A stretch of 64,000 nucleotides of DNA from Bacillota bacterium (GTDB lineage Bacteria > Bacillota > Clostridia > Oscillospirales > Acutalibacteraceae). Below the pieces are notes generated by a model. That model ran no database searches. It was not told the DNA's origin and worked only from the letters and a program-made list of their open reading frames with translations. Below are positions 1-10,112 of this stretch, in pieces (the stretch's first letter is position 1; every line of letters begins with the position of its first letter). Location of the stretch: the NCBI GenBank assembly GCA_023410445.1, contig JAEYPT010000006.1, positions 157,286 through 221,285 of the forward strand, written 5' to 3'. A program made the translations under genes and the position numbers.

Positions 1-78
1 AGAAAATACGGAAAAGAAGCGAAAGACCGGTACTATGCCTGCCTGTTTTCCCATATGGACGAGGGACAGCCGGTATGA
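1..78 (+). CDS. 3' end of an upstream gene, probably a LytTR-family response regulator (partial)
   Basis: Frame 1 is open from the window edge (RKYGKEAKDRYYACLFSHMDEGQPV*), resembles LytTR C-termini and precedes an AgrC-like kinase. Confidence 0.5.
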   Translation, partial: RKYGKEAKDRYYACLFSHMDEGQPV

Positions 79-123
79 GCCTCTTCTATGCACCTTCCGT
101 TCAATAGGCAAAGGGGAAACGCG

Positions 124-2070
124 ATGAACAAATCCAGACACACAAAGGCGTTCCTGATTTCAGGGCTGCTGTTCGTTATTCTGTTCGCTCACGTTCCGGT
201 TGTGTACACCCTGCTGTATCACAGCCTGACCAACACGCCTACAGCGGAAACCGGAAGCATGGATGGCGCACGCCTTTCCCCTTCCCGCTCGGGCATTTTA
301 GACGGAAGCTGGGAGTTTTATTGGAGCCGTCTGATTGTCACAGAGCCGCAAATCGAGAGCAAGCCTGATTTTCTCATTCAGGTACCGGATTACTGGTCGA
401 AATACCAAATCAACGGAAACTGGCTGCCGGCAGGAGGATTTGCAAGCTATCGTCTGGTGCTGCGCGGGCTGAAATACTCCCGCCCCGTCACCGTTTTCAT
501 CCCGGATTTCGGGGGCGCGTATCGCGCGTTCATCGACGGTGCCCTGACTGCGGAGAGCGGAACGGTATCCCGTGATCCCGGCAAACTGTACACCACTCCC
601 CAGACAAAGCTCCGCCCGGTAACGCTCTCCCCCGGAAAAGGCCACGAGGTGGTCATCGAAGTGGCCAGCACGCGTTTTTCCGGGCTGTACATGGCTCCCG
701 TTCTAAAAGATTACGAATGGGCGGTGAAGCAAAACAGCACCCGCGACGATGTGCGGCTGATCCTGTTCGGGACCGTGCTGTCTTCGCTGATTCTTCTGAT
801 CGTCCTTTACGGGCTGTCCTTCCGGAAAAACATCGGTTCCCCGTGGATTCCCGTCATGGGCTTTTTCGTGCTTCTGCGCATCATGCTCACAACGGAGTTC
901 TACAGCTTTTGGCAGAAGACGGTGTTTTTTCATCTTTCCTACGAAGACTCCAACGGCCTGATGTTTTTCGCAACCTTTGTGCTCAAATTTCTGTTGATTT
1001 TTCTGGTTCAGGAACAGTTCAGTACCCCTTTTTCCAAAAAGGAAAAGCGGTTCTTTTTCCTGTATTATACTGCCATCTACCTCGCCTATCTTTTCATCCC
1101 ACACGGATTTTACAACCGGCACCTGACCATTCTGCTGCCTGTGGCCACCTTTGCGCTGGAGACGTATTCCTTTTTTAAGGTCTACCTCAGTCAAAAGCCG
1201 CTGAAGAAATACGGCTGGCTGATCTATGGAAGTGTGATACTTGCTGTTTCCGGTCTAATCGTCGACTGCTATTACATCAACGGCAACATTTACCCCAACA
1301 TGTCGCTCACGCTGCTGATTCTGTTTTCGGTGCATCTGATTATCATCAGTATCGTTTACGCTCTGCATACCGCGGACGTATACAATGATTTTGCCGTCTC
1401 CTCCTCCCGGCTTGCGCTGGCACGGGGCCAGATTGCCATGCAGCAGGAATATTACGAAACTCTGAGCGGGCAGATCAACGAGATTCGGGGCATCCGGCAC
1501 GATCTCCGCCACTTTACCGGCGTCATCCGACGGCTTTCTGAGGAAGGACGCACAGAGGAACTGAACCGCTTTTTAAACGAATACGCGGAAGTGACCGAAA
1601 CGGACCCGCTCCCGGTCTTCTGTGAAAACATCGTGGCAAACTCCATTCTGGGATACTATTATTTAAAGGCCGTCAAGGCCGAAGTTGAATTTTCCTGTTC
1701 CTGCGGCATTCCCAGGCAGCTTCATATCAGTGACAGCGATCTTTGCGTTGTTCTGGGCAACGCGCTGGAAAACGCCGTCGAGGCGTGTGGGGCTCTGGAA
1801 AATCCGAACACTCGTTTTCTGTCGGTGGAGTCAAGGATTCTGAACGGTCAAATGCTGATCAAAATTGAAAATTCCTATAACGGCTTTCTCAAGCTGAGAG
1901 ACGGCGGCTATTCCTCCACCAAGGACGGAGAGTTCCACGGGATCGGCCTGCGGAATATCCAAAAGGTTGTGGAGTCCTACGGAGGCTTTGTCAAAACGGA
2001 ACACGACGGAAAAATCTTCACACTGATGGCCGCGTTCCCCAACCCCTGTGATCCTCCAGAGCAAAAATAA
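124..2070 (+). CDS. Membrane sensor histidine kinase, GHKL/AgrC-like core with extracellular beta-sandwich and 7TM region
   Basis: LDGSWEFYW and VPDYW extracellular motifs, about 7 TM helices, H-box RHDLRH, N-box LGNALENAVEA, G-box HGIGLRNI; ATG 124 follows AGGGGA (track start 88). Confidence 0.9.
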   Translation: MNKSRHTKAFLISGLLFVILFAHVPVVYTLLYHSLTNTPTAETGSMDGARLSPSRSGILDGSWEFYWSRLIVTEPQIESKPDFLIQVPDYWSKYQINGNWLPAGGFASYRLVLRGLKYSRPVTVFIPDFGGAYRAFIDGALTAESGTVSRDPGKLYTTPQTKLRPVTLSPGKGHEVVIEVASTRFSGLYMAPVLKDYEWAVKQNSTRDDVRLILFGTVLSSLILLIVLYGLSFRKNIGSPWIPVMGFFVLLRIMLTTEFYSFWQKTVFFHLSYEDSNGLMFFATFVLKFLLIFLVQEQFSTPFSKKEKRFFFLYYTAIYLAYLFIPHGFYNRHLTILLPVATFALETYSFFKVYLSQKPLKKYGWLIYGSVILAVSGLIVDCYYINGNIYPNMSLTLLILFSVHLIIISIVYALHTADVYNDFAVSSSRLALARGQIAMQQEYYETLSGQINEIRGIRHDLRHFTGVIRRLSEEGRTEELNRFLNEYAEVTETDPLPVFCENIVANSILGYYYLKAVKAEVEFSCSCGIPRQLHISDSDLCVVLGNALENAVEACGALENPNTRFLSVESRILNGQMLIKIENSYNGFLKLRDGGYSSTKDGEFHGIGLRNIQKVVESYGGFVKTEHDGKIFTLMAAFPNPCDPPEQK

Positions 2071-2085
2071 GTTCTAATGGACTGA

Positions 2086-2121
2086 AAAAACACCCTGCAA
2101 AACAATTTGCAGGGTGTTTTT
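2086..2121 (+). terminator. Intrinsic terminator after the kinase
   Basis: AAAAACACCCTGCAAA / TTTGCAGGGTGTTTTT perfect inverted repeat. Confidence 0.85.
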
Positions 2122-2124
2122 ATG

Positions 2125-2190
2125 CCAATTTCGGCAAAATAACATCCAATTTCGCCATGTCCGCTCAAAAGCAAACTTTTTTACTATAAT
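2125..2190 (+). promoter_or_regulatory. Candidate LytTR-activated promoter of the LRR surface protein
   Basis: CCAATTTCGGCA (2125) and CCAATTTCGCCA (2146) direct repeat with 21-bp period; TATAAT at 2185-2190 without a good -35. Confidence 0.65.
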
Positions 2191-2297
2191 GAATGGTGGT
2201 ATCGGTTTTAAAACAGAATTGATCTTTCCAGAAACAAGCCGCAATATTCTAATCATAGTGCGGCAGAAGATAGGAACCAATCAAAAGGAGGATTTCA

Positions 2298-5200
2298 ATG
2301 AAAAAGATCTCAAAAAAAGCGTTATCCTTACTGCTATCCCTTTCCATGGTGTTTGGAATGGCACCGTGGAGCATCGTGACCGCGTCTGCGGACAGCGGCA
2401 CCAAAACCATGTATTACAACCAAAGCGGGTTCTGGAAAGACTCAAACTGCACTCAAGCAGTCAATTCAAGCCAGAAAGCGGATTATACCGCCCTCGTGGT
2501 GAAAGACGGCGTGACTTCCGTTGTCCCCGATTTCGGCGACTGTACCGGAATCACCAGCCTGTTGCTTCCAAGCAGTGTCACCTCGGTCGGCGCAAGTTCG
2601 TTTGCGGATTTAATCAACCTGAAAAGCGTCACCGTGATGGGTGCCGCCACCATCGAAAACTATGCCTTTTACGGATGTACCGCCTTAACCGACGTCACCA
2701 TGCCGAACGCTACGTCTCTTGGCGATAATTCATTTTCGCAATGCACTTCCTTAACGAGCATCAATCTGCCGAATGTTACAACGGTGGGAAAAACTGTGTT
2801 TGCCGACTGCACGGCCCTTACCACTGTCTTAATGCCAAACGCCGTTTCCATTGAAGACTCATTTTATGAATGCACTGCTTTAACCAATGTCTTGCTGCCA
2901 AACGTTACCTCAGTCAGCGCGAGTGCATTTTACGGCTGTACCGCGTTAATTCAAATCGCGCTACCGAAAGCCGTCTCCATCGGAGATGAGGCGTTCCGAG
3001 GCTGCAAGGCCCTGACCACGGTTTCTCTGGGCAGTGCGCACACAATTGGAGACAACGCATTTACAAACTGCGCCTCCTTAACCGACGTAAGCATACCAAA
3101 CGTTACCACACTCGCGCCTTATGCCTTTAACAGCTGCACCGCCTTAACCGGTATTTCGATGCCGAACGTTCTCTCCGTTGGGAATTCTGCATTTTCTTGC
3201 AGTGGCTTAACCAGCGTCACTCTGCCGAATGCAGCCACCGTGGGTGACGGTGCGTTTTATGGCTGCAGAGACTTAACCCGCGCGGAACTGCCAAACGCAG
3301 TTTCCGTCGGCGACGGCGCCTTTCAGTACTGCGGCTTAAAAGATGTCGCTCTGCAGAGCACGGCCTCCATCGTCGGCAATGCATTCGACAGTTGCCCTGC
3401 ATTGAAGAACCTTTATGTCGTCGGCACATCTGCCCCCGCAGGGATGCCGGAAATTTCCAACACGTTCCTGTTCACCCCATATGAATCGAATGGAATAAAC
3501 TATTATCGCCTAACCGGTAATACCTGCACGGGAACGGGTATGGAAATTCCAACGGATTTGTTCGGGGTCCCGATTCAGCCTGCGATCCAAAAGAGCGATC
3601 TGAAAATCACGGATAAAATTGCCTACTGCAACGGCACCGATCTTTATTCGGATGAAGGTTGTACTTCACCAATGGGTTCCCCTGCCCGATCTCTCGTGAC
3701 AAAAATTGTTTTTGCGCCGGGTGTTACCTCCATCGGCGACAAGATGTTTGACGGCTGTAATGATTTAGCCGCCGTCACGATTCCGGAAAGTGTTACCTCC
3801 ATTGGCGAAGGTGCATTCATGGAATGTGAGAGTCTTAAAAATGTCAGAATCCCGGGTCCCGCCGCAATCGGTCGTTCTGCATTCGACAGCTGCAGCGCCT
3901 TAACCAACGTTTCCATACCGAAAGTAACTTCGGTCGGCCAGAGGGCATTTAACGAATGCGGGGCCTTAACCGGCATAATAATGCCAAACGTTACCTCAAT
4001 TGGATCAAGGGCGTTCGGCGGCTGTGAGGCTCTAACCAGTATTGTTATGCTGAAAGTGGCTTCCATCGATTATGGCGCTTTTTCCGACTGTCCCGCCTTA
4101 ACCACCGTCGTGTTCAAAGGAAAAGCCGACACAATTGGCGATGGAGCTTTCGATACTTACGGCTCCGGTGCCGTAACGTTTGTTGTACCCGCAGAAGAGA
4201 AAGCCTACTATGAAGGGCTTTTAAACTCCGATGTGATGGGACCAATAAAGGCAGCTGTAGTTGCCGGCGAGCTTGTCACGGCTTTTGACCCGCTGCCTGA
4301 CGGCACGGCGGCTCAGAATGCGGCAAACGGCACACCTCTGACGTCTTTGAACCTTCCCAAAACCTTGAGCGCCACCGCGGACGGGTGTGCCGAAACAATT
4401 CCAAACGTCACGTGGAAGCCGGTTACGGCCTACGATCCGGCCAAAGCGGGCGCTTACACCTTTACCGCAGTAATTCCCTCGGATTATATTCTTGCCAGTG
4501 GCGTTGCCCTGCCGACCATCACGATCACGGTTGCGGCCGCAAGCGGCGGCTCCGACCATCGTTCCGACAGCAGCAGTTCCAAGCCCGCCCCCGCTGCACC
4601 GACAGATACGCAGAGCACCGCGGGTGGCACGGTGACGACCATAACCACGGTTCCGGATTCTGCGCCTACTGTTTTCGGCAGTCAATCGACGGTATCCGTC
4701 ACGGTTCCGACAACAGTCAGCTCCGCAATTGCTGCCGCAACCCCGGAAAAAAAGGCGCAGGTCAAAATTTCTGTTCCTACCGCTTCCCTTGTGGAACAGC
4801 TCAGCAGCAGCGCGGTTCAGTCGGTTAACCTGACCGTTCGGGTACCGGCAGCTGCGGCAAACAACACAAACGAGAATGCACAAATAGAAATCAGCGCGGA
4901 TCAGGAAGTCCTGCAGGCCGCGAAGGACGCAAAGAAAGACGTTACCCTGTCGGTCGTCAATTCCGAGACCGGTCGGGAAGCCTACAGTTGGACCTTCAAA
5001 GGTTCGGATTTGGCCGCTTCCACTGCCCCGGTAAAAAGCGTTGATCTTGCGCTGAGCGTACAGCCCACCGCATCTGATCCCGCTGTGAACTCCGCGGCGC
5101 ACAGCAACAGCGGACTTGTTCTTCATTTCGCCGATAACGGCGTTTTGCCGAGCGCGGCGACCGTGAAAATCGACGTGGCTGATCAGGGTTACAAGCCGGG

Positions 5201-5663
5201 CCAGGTTGTGTATTTCTACTATTACAACCCGGCGACAAAAGCCTTCGAGCAGGTTGGCAATTCAGTAGCTTATACGGTTGACGCCAACGGTTCTGTGAGC
5301 ATCGAAATCCACCACTGTTCCGACTATGTGCTTCTTTCCAAGGCGGTTCGTTCCCTTATACTGGACACGAAAACCTATACACTCGCCCCGCAGAAGAGCT
5401 ACGAAGTCGGATTGAAGCAAACCGGTTTGAACGGTATGACGGTAAAGGTGTACTCTTCCGCCGCTGGGATTGCCGCCATAACGAAGCTGAAAAACGGCAA
5501 CTACAGAATAACCGGTTTGAAACCCGGGGTAACGTACATCATGTTTGATGTGTATGATGACAAAAACAGGCGAATCACCAAATTACATGCGTCCGTCCGG
5601 CTGAACGTTCAAGTCGGCGCAAAACAAAAAGGGGATTCCACAAAACAAATCGCTGTTTTTTAA
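2298..5663 (+). CDS. Secreted BspA-type leucine-rich-repeat surface protein with an Ig-like domain and a conserved C-terminal module
   Basis: RBS AGGAGG, Sec signal peptide, many 22-23-aa repeats (LPNVTSVGxxAFxxCTAL) in two blocks, Ig-like domain (WKPVTAYDPAKAGAYTF), Ser-rich linker, tail homologous to 10210..13362. Confidence 0.9.
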   Translation: MKKISKKALSLLLSLSMVFGMAPWSIVTASADSGTKTMYYNQSGFWKDSNCTQAVNSSQKADYTALVVKDGVTSVVPDFGDCTGITSLLLPSSVTSVGASSFADLINLKSVTVMGAATIENYAFYGCTALTDVTMPNATSLGDNSFSQCTSLTSINLPNVTTVGKTVFADCTALTTVLMPNAVSIEDSFYECTALTNVLLPNVTSVSASAFYGCTALIQIALPKAVSIGDEAFRGCKALTTVSLGSAHTIGDNAFTNCASLTDVSIPNVTTLAPYAFNSCTALTGISMPNVLSVGNSAFSCSGLTSVTLPNAATVGDGAFYGCRDLTRAELPNAVSVGDGAFQYCGLKDVALQSTASIVGNAFDSCPALKNLYVVGTSAPAGMPEISNTFLFTPYESNGINYYRLTGNTCTGTGMEIPTDLFGVPIQPAIQKSDLKITDKIAYCNGTDLYSDEGCTSPMGSPARSLVTKIVFAPGVTSIGDKMFDGCNDLAAVTIPESVTSIGEGAFMECESLKNVRIPGPAAIGRSAFDSCSALTNVSIPKVTSVGQRAFNECGALTGIIMPNVTSIGSRAFGGCEALTSIVMLKVASIDYGAFSDCPALTTVVFKGKADTIGDGAFDTYGSGAVTFVVPAEEKAYYEGLLNSDVMGPIKAAVVAGELVTAFDPLPDGTAAQNAANGTPLTSLNLPKTLSATADGCAETIPNVTWKPVTAYDPAKAGAYTFTAVIPSDYILASGVALPTITITVAAASGGSDHRSDSSSSKPAPAAPTDTQSTAGGTVTTITTVPDSAPTVFGSQSTVSVTVPTTVSSAIAAATPEKKAQVKISVPTASLVEQLSSSAVQSVNLTVRVPAAAANNTNENAQIEISADQEVLQAAKDAKKDVTLSVVNSETGREAYSWTFKGSDLAASTAPVKSVDLALSVQPTASDPAVNSAAHSNSGLVLHFADNGVLPSAATVKIDVADQGYKPGQVVYFYYYNPATKAFEQVGNSVAYTVDANGSVSIEIHHCSDYVLLSKAVRSLILDTKTYTLAPQKSYEVGLKQTGLNGMTVKVYSSAAGIAAITKLKNGNYRITGLKPGVTYIMFDVYDDKNRRITKLHASVRLNVQVGAKQKGDSTKQIAVF

Positions 5664-5683
5664 ACTGAATGATCGGAAGCACG

Positions 5684-5728
5684 AAAGACGAGAGGCGGGA
5701 AGAAAAATCTTCCCGCCTCCCGTCTTTT
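5684..5728 (+). terminator. Intrinsic (probably bidirectional) terminator
   Basis: AAAGACGAGAGGCGGGAAGA / TCTTCCCGCCTCCCGTCTTTT between convergent genes. Confidence 0.8.
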
Positions 5729-5786
5729 AGGTATCCGTACGCTTTCGGTACGGACCGTTTCCCGCCCAAATCAAGTATTCCACAAA

Positions 5787-6521
5787 TCAGGGGCAAAGTT
5801 TTTCTTTCAGCACTTTGATTGTTGTTTGGTTCAGCCCGATTTTCGCCATGTAGTCGACGGCGGAGCCGTAATCCCGCTTCAGGTGGCGAATCGTCTTTTC
5901 CATATTGGACGGCGGCGACTGCATGATATAGGCCGGCACCGTAAAGCCCCGGCTTTCCAACTCCTCCGTCTGCTGAACAAACAGCTCTTTCATGACGGTC
6001 TCCGTCAGGGCGTAATCGGCAATTACCGTCTCCTCGTCCACCCCTGCAAGCAATAACAGCAGCATGGTGACCATACCCGTACGGTCCTTCCCGCCGGTGC
6101 AGTGGAATAGCACACAGCGGTCGGGGAAGGCTGCAATCGTCTCTAAGATCGCACGGAATTCCGCCTGACTTTCGTCCAACATCCAGCAGTACAGCTCCCA
6201 CATGCTGGGCGGAAATTCCGCGGTGTATTTGGTCCGTTTCACCGGGTCCTGAAGCGAATAAGTCTCGTACCGGACCGCCGGATTAAAAAGACCGATCCGG
6301 TCGGGGAATCGCTCGATCTCATCCGGAAAACGAAGGTCAATGACACAGCGAAGGCCGTACTCGCTCAGGCGGTCGGCGTCCTCCTGAGATAGATTGTGAA
6401 GCGCGTCGCTGCGCAGAATGGAATGGGTTTTCAGCACAAGGCCGGAGCGGGTGCGGTAGCCTCCCAGTTCCCGGGTGTTTCTCGTCCCTGTAAGCGCGAA
6501 GGGCTGCGAAAGTTGTTGCAT
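5787..6521 (-). CDS. Protein tyrosine/serine phosphatase (IphP/PtpB-like, Cys-based)
   Basis: NTRELGGY, VIDLR, P-loop HCTGGKDRTG, ADYALT; ATG 6521 follows a GGGAG RBS (track start 6596). Confidence 0.9.
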   Translation of the reverse strand: MQQLSQPFALTGTRNTRELGGYRTRSGLVLKTHSILRSDALHNLSQEDADRLSEYGLRCVIDLRFPDEIERFPDRIGLFNPAVRYETYSLQDPVKRTKYTAEFPPSMWELYCWMLDESQAEFRAILETIAAFPDRCVLFHCTGGKDRTGMVTMLLLLLAGVDEETVIADYALTETVMKELFVQQTEELESRGFTVPAYIMQSPPSNMEKTIRHLKRDYGSAVDYMAKIGLNQTTIKVLKEKLCP

Positions 6522-6585
6522 CTGATTACTCCCAATGTTATTAATTAATTGCCTTTGGTGGTAGGAATTCAGGGTGGAAATCGGG

Positions 6586-6810
6586 GGCTCTGTCATCCTG
6601 GCTCCTGGGCAAAGCGGCCCAGGAAATCCCGTTCAGTCGACCGCCCAATGCTTCGCAGAGCGCGGTATAGTCCTCTTTTGTGCCGCCGTGGCGCAGATCG
6701 CCCGCCAGAAGCACCAGACCGATTGCCCATTCTTTTCCGACTCCAGATATGCCATCAGGTTATAAAGCGGGCCCGGAAGCTTTTTTAGGAGCGACTGAAA
6801 GCCCGCATCC
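6586..6810 (-). pseudogene. Decayed calcineurin-like metallophosphoesterase (Icc/CpdA-like) fragment
   Basis: Minus strand reads GLVLLAGDLRHGGTKEDYTALCEALGGRLNGISWAALPRSQDDRA (GD motif; degenerate GNHD) and joins the upstream FQSLLKKLPGPLYNL segment only via a frameshift; no start codon, and a stop follows soon after. Confidence 0.55.
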
Positions 6811-6904
6811 CGTGACCAGCAGCTCGGTCGCCGTCTGTCGGACAAAGTCCGGCTACATCTTGATGCAGGTGTAGGTGGGATGCTCCGGCCGGATTCGGTA
6901 AAGC

Positions 6905-8023
6905 TCAGCGGCTGATTGCCTGATAAAAAGCAACGAACTGGCGGGCTGGCACTGTTTGCAGTTCCTCCCGCAGAATCTTTTCATAGATCTCATACTGTCT
7001 CCGGAATTTCTCCCGGTTTCCCTCTCGCATATACAGCTCCAGCAGAGACCGGTTCCCGGTTTCCGACAGAGGGTCGTACTGAATCAGCGTAACCAGGTAG
7101 TGTTCGGCCTTTTGCTGTTCCTCCAGCTCCGAATAATACTCCGCGATGTTCAGCATGAGGGTTTCATATTGAAGCTCCAGCTTCGTGCGCACTTCATCCA
7201 CCCAAAAATAGTCCTCGTTTTGCAGATAGGCTCCGGCGTACAGCTTCGCGGCGGTTTCCGCCTCGACGATGTTGGAATCGTCTACAAAAGAATTTGTTTT
7301 CACAAATTTTGAAAAATCAACGTAATCGCAGACACCGTCGGAAACCTCAAGCTTATAGCTTCCGGTTATCTTGATAATATTCCGGCCGATTTTGGCCTCT
7401 TCCAACGCACGGCGCAGATTATAAACGGTCACATACAAAAGATTCATACTCTTTTTATCCGATTTTCCGCCGAAGATGTTCTGAATCAATTCTTCCCGCG
7501 GGATGGTCTGCCCGTAATGGCAGAGCAGGTAAGCAAACAGTTCCTTTGTCTGACGGGTTGGAAATTTAATCGGAATTTTGCTGTAGGTTTCATGGAAGGC
7601 TTCAAAGTCCCGGAAACAGTGAACGACGGTACTTCCCGCCTGCCCGTTGCTCTCTTTTTCGTTCGCGGCTGAAAACAGATGCTCCATTGTCCTGTTCAGG
7701 CGCTTTTCATCGATCGGTTTCAAAAGATAATCGAGCGGATAGGCCTGAAACGCATCCAAAGCATACTCGGAGTAAGCCGTTACGAACACAATAATAATCC
7801 CAAAGTGCAGCTCCTGAATTTTCAGAGCAAGCTCAAGGCCGTTTTCGCCGGGCATATCGATATCCAGAAAAACGACATCCGGACGGATTTTCATCACGTT
7901 TTCCAGTACCCTGCGCGGGTCCTGCAGCATTGACACAATCTCAATAGACTCAAATCTTTGAAGCTGATACTCCAATTCATCCAGTGCGGGCTGCTCATCA
8001 TCAACCAGCATAGCTCTTATCAT
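6905..8023 (-). CDS. Response regulator with receiver, winged-helix and BTAD domains (SARP-like)
   Basis: VDDE, FLDIDMP, FVTAY, YLLKP; TKELFAYLL wHTH; YAGAYL and DPLSE BTAD motifs; ATG 8023 follows GGAGGT and overlaps the kinase end. Confidence 0.9.
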   Translation of the reverse strand: MIRAMLVDDEQPALDELEYQLQRFESIEIVSMLQDPRRVLENVMKIRPDVVFLDIDMPGENGLELALKIQELHFGIIIVFVTAYSEYALDAFQAYPLDYLLKPIDEKRLNRTMEHLFSAANEKESNGQAGSTVVHCFRDFEAFHETYSKIPIKFPTRQTKELFAYLLCHYGQTIPREELIQNIFGGKSDKKSMNLLYVTVYNLRRALEEAKIGRNIIKITGSYKLEVSDGVCDYVDFSKFVKTNSFVDDSNIVEAETAAKLYAGAYLQNEDYFWVDEVRTKLELQYETLMLNIAEYYSELEEQQKAEHYLVTLIQYDPLSETGNRSLLELYMREGNREKFRRQYEIYEKILREELQTVPARQFVAFYQAISR

Positions 8024-9956
8024 TTGAAAGACCTCCGTTCCACGGTAATTCCATGTAAACATCCGCCCCGCCGCTTTCCCGGTTACGGATGCAAAGGGAA
8101 ACGTGATACATCTTCTGAAGACGCCGCGTAATATTGTAGATTCCGACACTCCGACTGGCTTCCTCGCCGGAAATCAGGTTATTGATCCGCTCCGGGTCGA
8201 TGCCGACGCCGTCGTCCTGAACGCCGACTCTTACGGTATCGCCGATCTGACGAACATAAACAAGGATGCTGCCGCCGTCTGGCTTCGGACGTATTCCATG
8301 AACGACGGCATTTTCAACCAGCGGCTGAAGAATCAGCGGCGGCACGCGGAAATGAGTGTCGTCAATCTCGTATTGCACCTTCAGCCGGTCGCCGAAACGC
8401 GCCTGCTCCAGCGCAAGGTAGGAGCGCACAAACACAAGCTCTTTTTCAACCGGTATGGTGTCCTCCAGATCTTTAAAATCGAAACACCCGCGCAGATACG
8501 TGCTGAACTCCATCAGAAGCTGCTGGGCCCGGGCGACGTCCCTGCGGGAGACGGAAAGAATGGTATTGAGCGCGTTATAAATAAAATGGGGCCGAATCTG
8601 AGATTTTAAAAATTTCAGCTCGGCTTTTCGCTCCCGTTCCTGCGAAGCCTCCAGCTCCTGGTATGCCTTCTCCTTCTTCCGAAGAGTGTCGGCGAAGCTT
8701 TCGGCCAGAATATGAGCCTGCGTCATCAGAAGTATGAAAAATCCGAGCGGAGTAAGCTCAAACAGGCTGCCGGGAAGCATGTTGTTCTGGATCATAAAAT
8801 CATAGGCGCAGCACCCCAAAACCACCAGACAGCCGGTCAGCGTCAGGGCGGCATGGAGTCGGTTTCTGCCCACCGCAAGACACATGCGGAGGAACAGGTA
8901 GCCGGAAAGAACAAGAACCAGGATTTCAATCGGGTAAATCAGCGTGGTAAAAAACGAAACGGGAGAAATCAGCGTCAAGGCCGTCATAAAGACGGTATAC
9001 CCCCCGATGATATGCAAAAGAATTTTGGGGATTTCCTCCGGAAACAATTCCCGCAGCAGTACGGCAAGCATGGCCGGGAACCAGTACAGCGTCAGGTAAT
9101 CCATCCGGATCATGGCGGAAAACCCGACAAACGGGAACAGAAACCGGAGCAGATAGCTCCCGTGCAGAATCGTGCGTACGGCCGCCGCCAGGCAAAGCGC
9201 CGCAAAAAACAGGTCGCATTTTTCCTGCCTGCGGAAATAGAAAACCGAGCTGTAAATAAACGCCATTACGAAAAAGCTGCCCAGCAAAAACATATCCCGG
9301 CAAAAAAGAGCTTTTTCAATGTCGGTCATCTGATCCGGATGACCCAGATAAAGGGTGCCCCACATCCCGCCGCGGGAATAGGTATAATTGGAGACCTGAA
9401 CCAGAATGGAGAATTGGCTGCGGGAAGGCGTAAACGAAACGATATTCAGCCGGTATTCCGGTTTTCCCTCCTGCGTGTTCTGCGAAACAACGCCGTTTTC
9501 CGCGAGCAGCCGGTCGTCAACATAGAGCCGGTACGCAGTGGAAAACGTCGGAATCCAAAGCGACAGCGGTTTGCCCGGCTGTGCTCCGGTTACGTGCAGC
9601 CGATAGGTCCCGAATCCGTCGCCCGGGAGCGTTTTACCGCCGATTCGATAGGAGTTCCAGACCTTCGGAACCGTCGGGATGAGATCCGGTTTTGCGCCCG
9701 CCTGCACGTCCCGCTCGGTAACAAGACGGCGCCAATAGAACTCCCAATCGCCGTTCAGGGCCAGAATTCTATCCGTAAAATGCTGCTCCTGCCCGGAAAT
9801 ATCCAGCGTTCCGTTCACGGCTAAATTCCCGTCGCTGGAATGCAGATTGGCATAGCCGATCAGCGCAAGAAAAAACAGCCCCATAAAAAACAAAATAAGT
9901 GAGAAGGAAAGAATCTGCTTTCGGTATTTCCTATGATTCGGTTGGACATCCGGCAT
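8001..9956 (-). CDS. LytS/YehU-type sensor histidine kinase with extracellular beta-sandwich and 7TM region
   Basis: LNGDWEFYW, VPKVW, 7 TM helices, SQIRPHFIYNALN, LQPLVENAVVHG, DDGVG. Confidence 0.9.
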   Translation of the reverse strand: MPDVQPNHRKYRKQILSFSLILFFMGLFFLALIGYANLHSSDGNLAVNGTLDISGQEQHFTDRILALNGDWEFYWRRLVTERDVQAGAKPDLIPTVPKVWNSYRIGGKTLPGDGFGTYRLHVTGAQPGKPLSLWIPTFSTAYRLYVDDRLLAENGVVSQNTQEGKPEYRLNIVSFTPSRSQFSILVQVSNYTYSRGGMWGTLYLGHPDQMTDIEKALFCRDMFLLGSFFVMAFIYSSVFYFRRQEKCDLFFAALCLAAAVRTILHGSYLLRFLFPFVGFSAMIRMDYLTLYWFPAMLAVLLRELFPEEIPKILLHIIGGYTVFMTALTLISPVSFFTTLIYPIEILVLVLSGYLFLRMCLAVGRNRLHAALTLTGCLVVLGCCAYDFMIQNNMLPGSLFELTPLGFFILLMTQAHILAESFADTLRKKEKAYQELEASQERERKAELKFLKSQIRPHFIYNALNTILSVSRRDVARAQQLLMEFSTYLRGCFDFKDLEDTIPVEKELVFVRSYLALEQARFGDRLKVQYEIDDTHFRVPPLILQPLVENAVVHGIRPKPDGGSILVYVRQIGDTVRVGVQDDGVGIDPERINNLISGEEASRSVGIYNITRRLQKMYHVSLCIRNRESGGADVYMELPWNGGLSNDKSYAG

Positions 9957-10112
9957 AATATTCCATCTTTTCAGTGAGATATTGACAATATCAGTATACC
10001 AACAGAGGCGGCCGGATACAACCGAAAAGCAATAGAAACTATGTTAAATTTTTCGGATTCTCCAAAAAGCTGCAAATTTCTGCCGCTCCGGTTTATCTGT
10101 TTCAGGGTATAT

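Noticed and set aside
2500..4150. Periodic DNA similarity as a CRISPR-like or tandem array
   Set aside because: The periodicity is the coding LRR repeat, degenerate at the DNA level, with no spacers or cas genes.
8712..9824. Long antisense ORFs (for example 8712..9824, 15656..16786, 20290..21498, 28303..29388, 31761..32972, 33306..34460, 59422..60585)
   Set aside because: They lie opposite well-supported genes, show no recognisable motifs, and are expected shadows of GC-rich codon bias.
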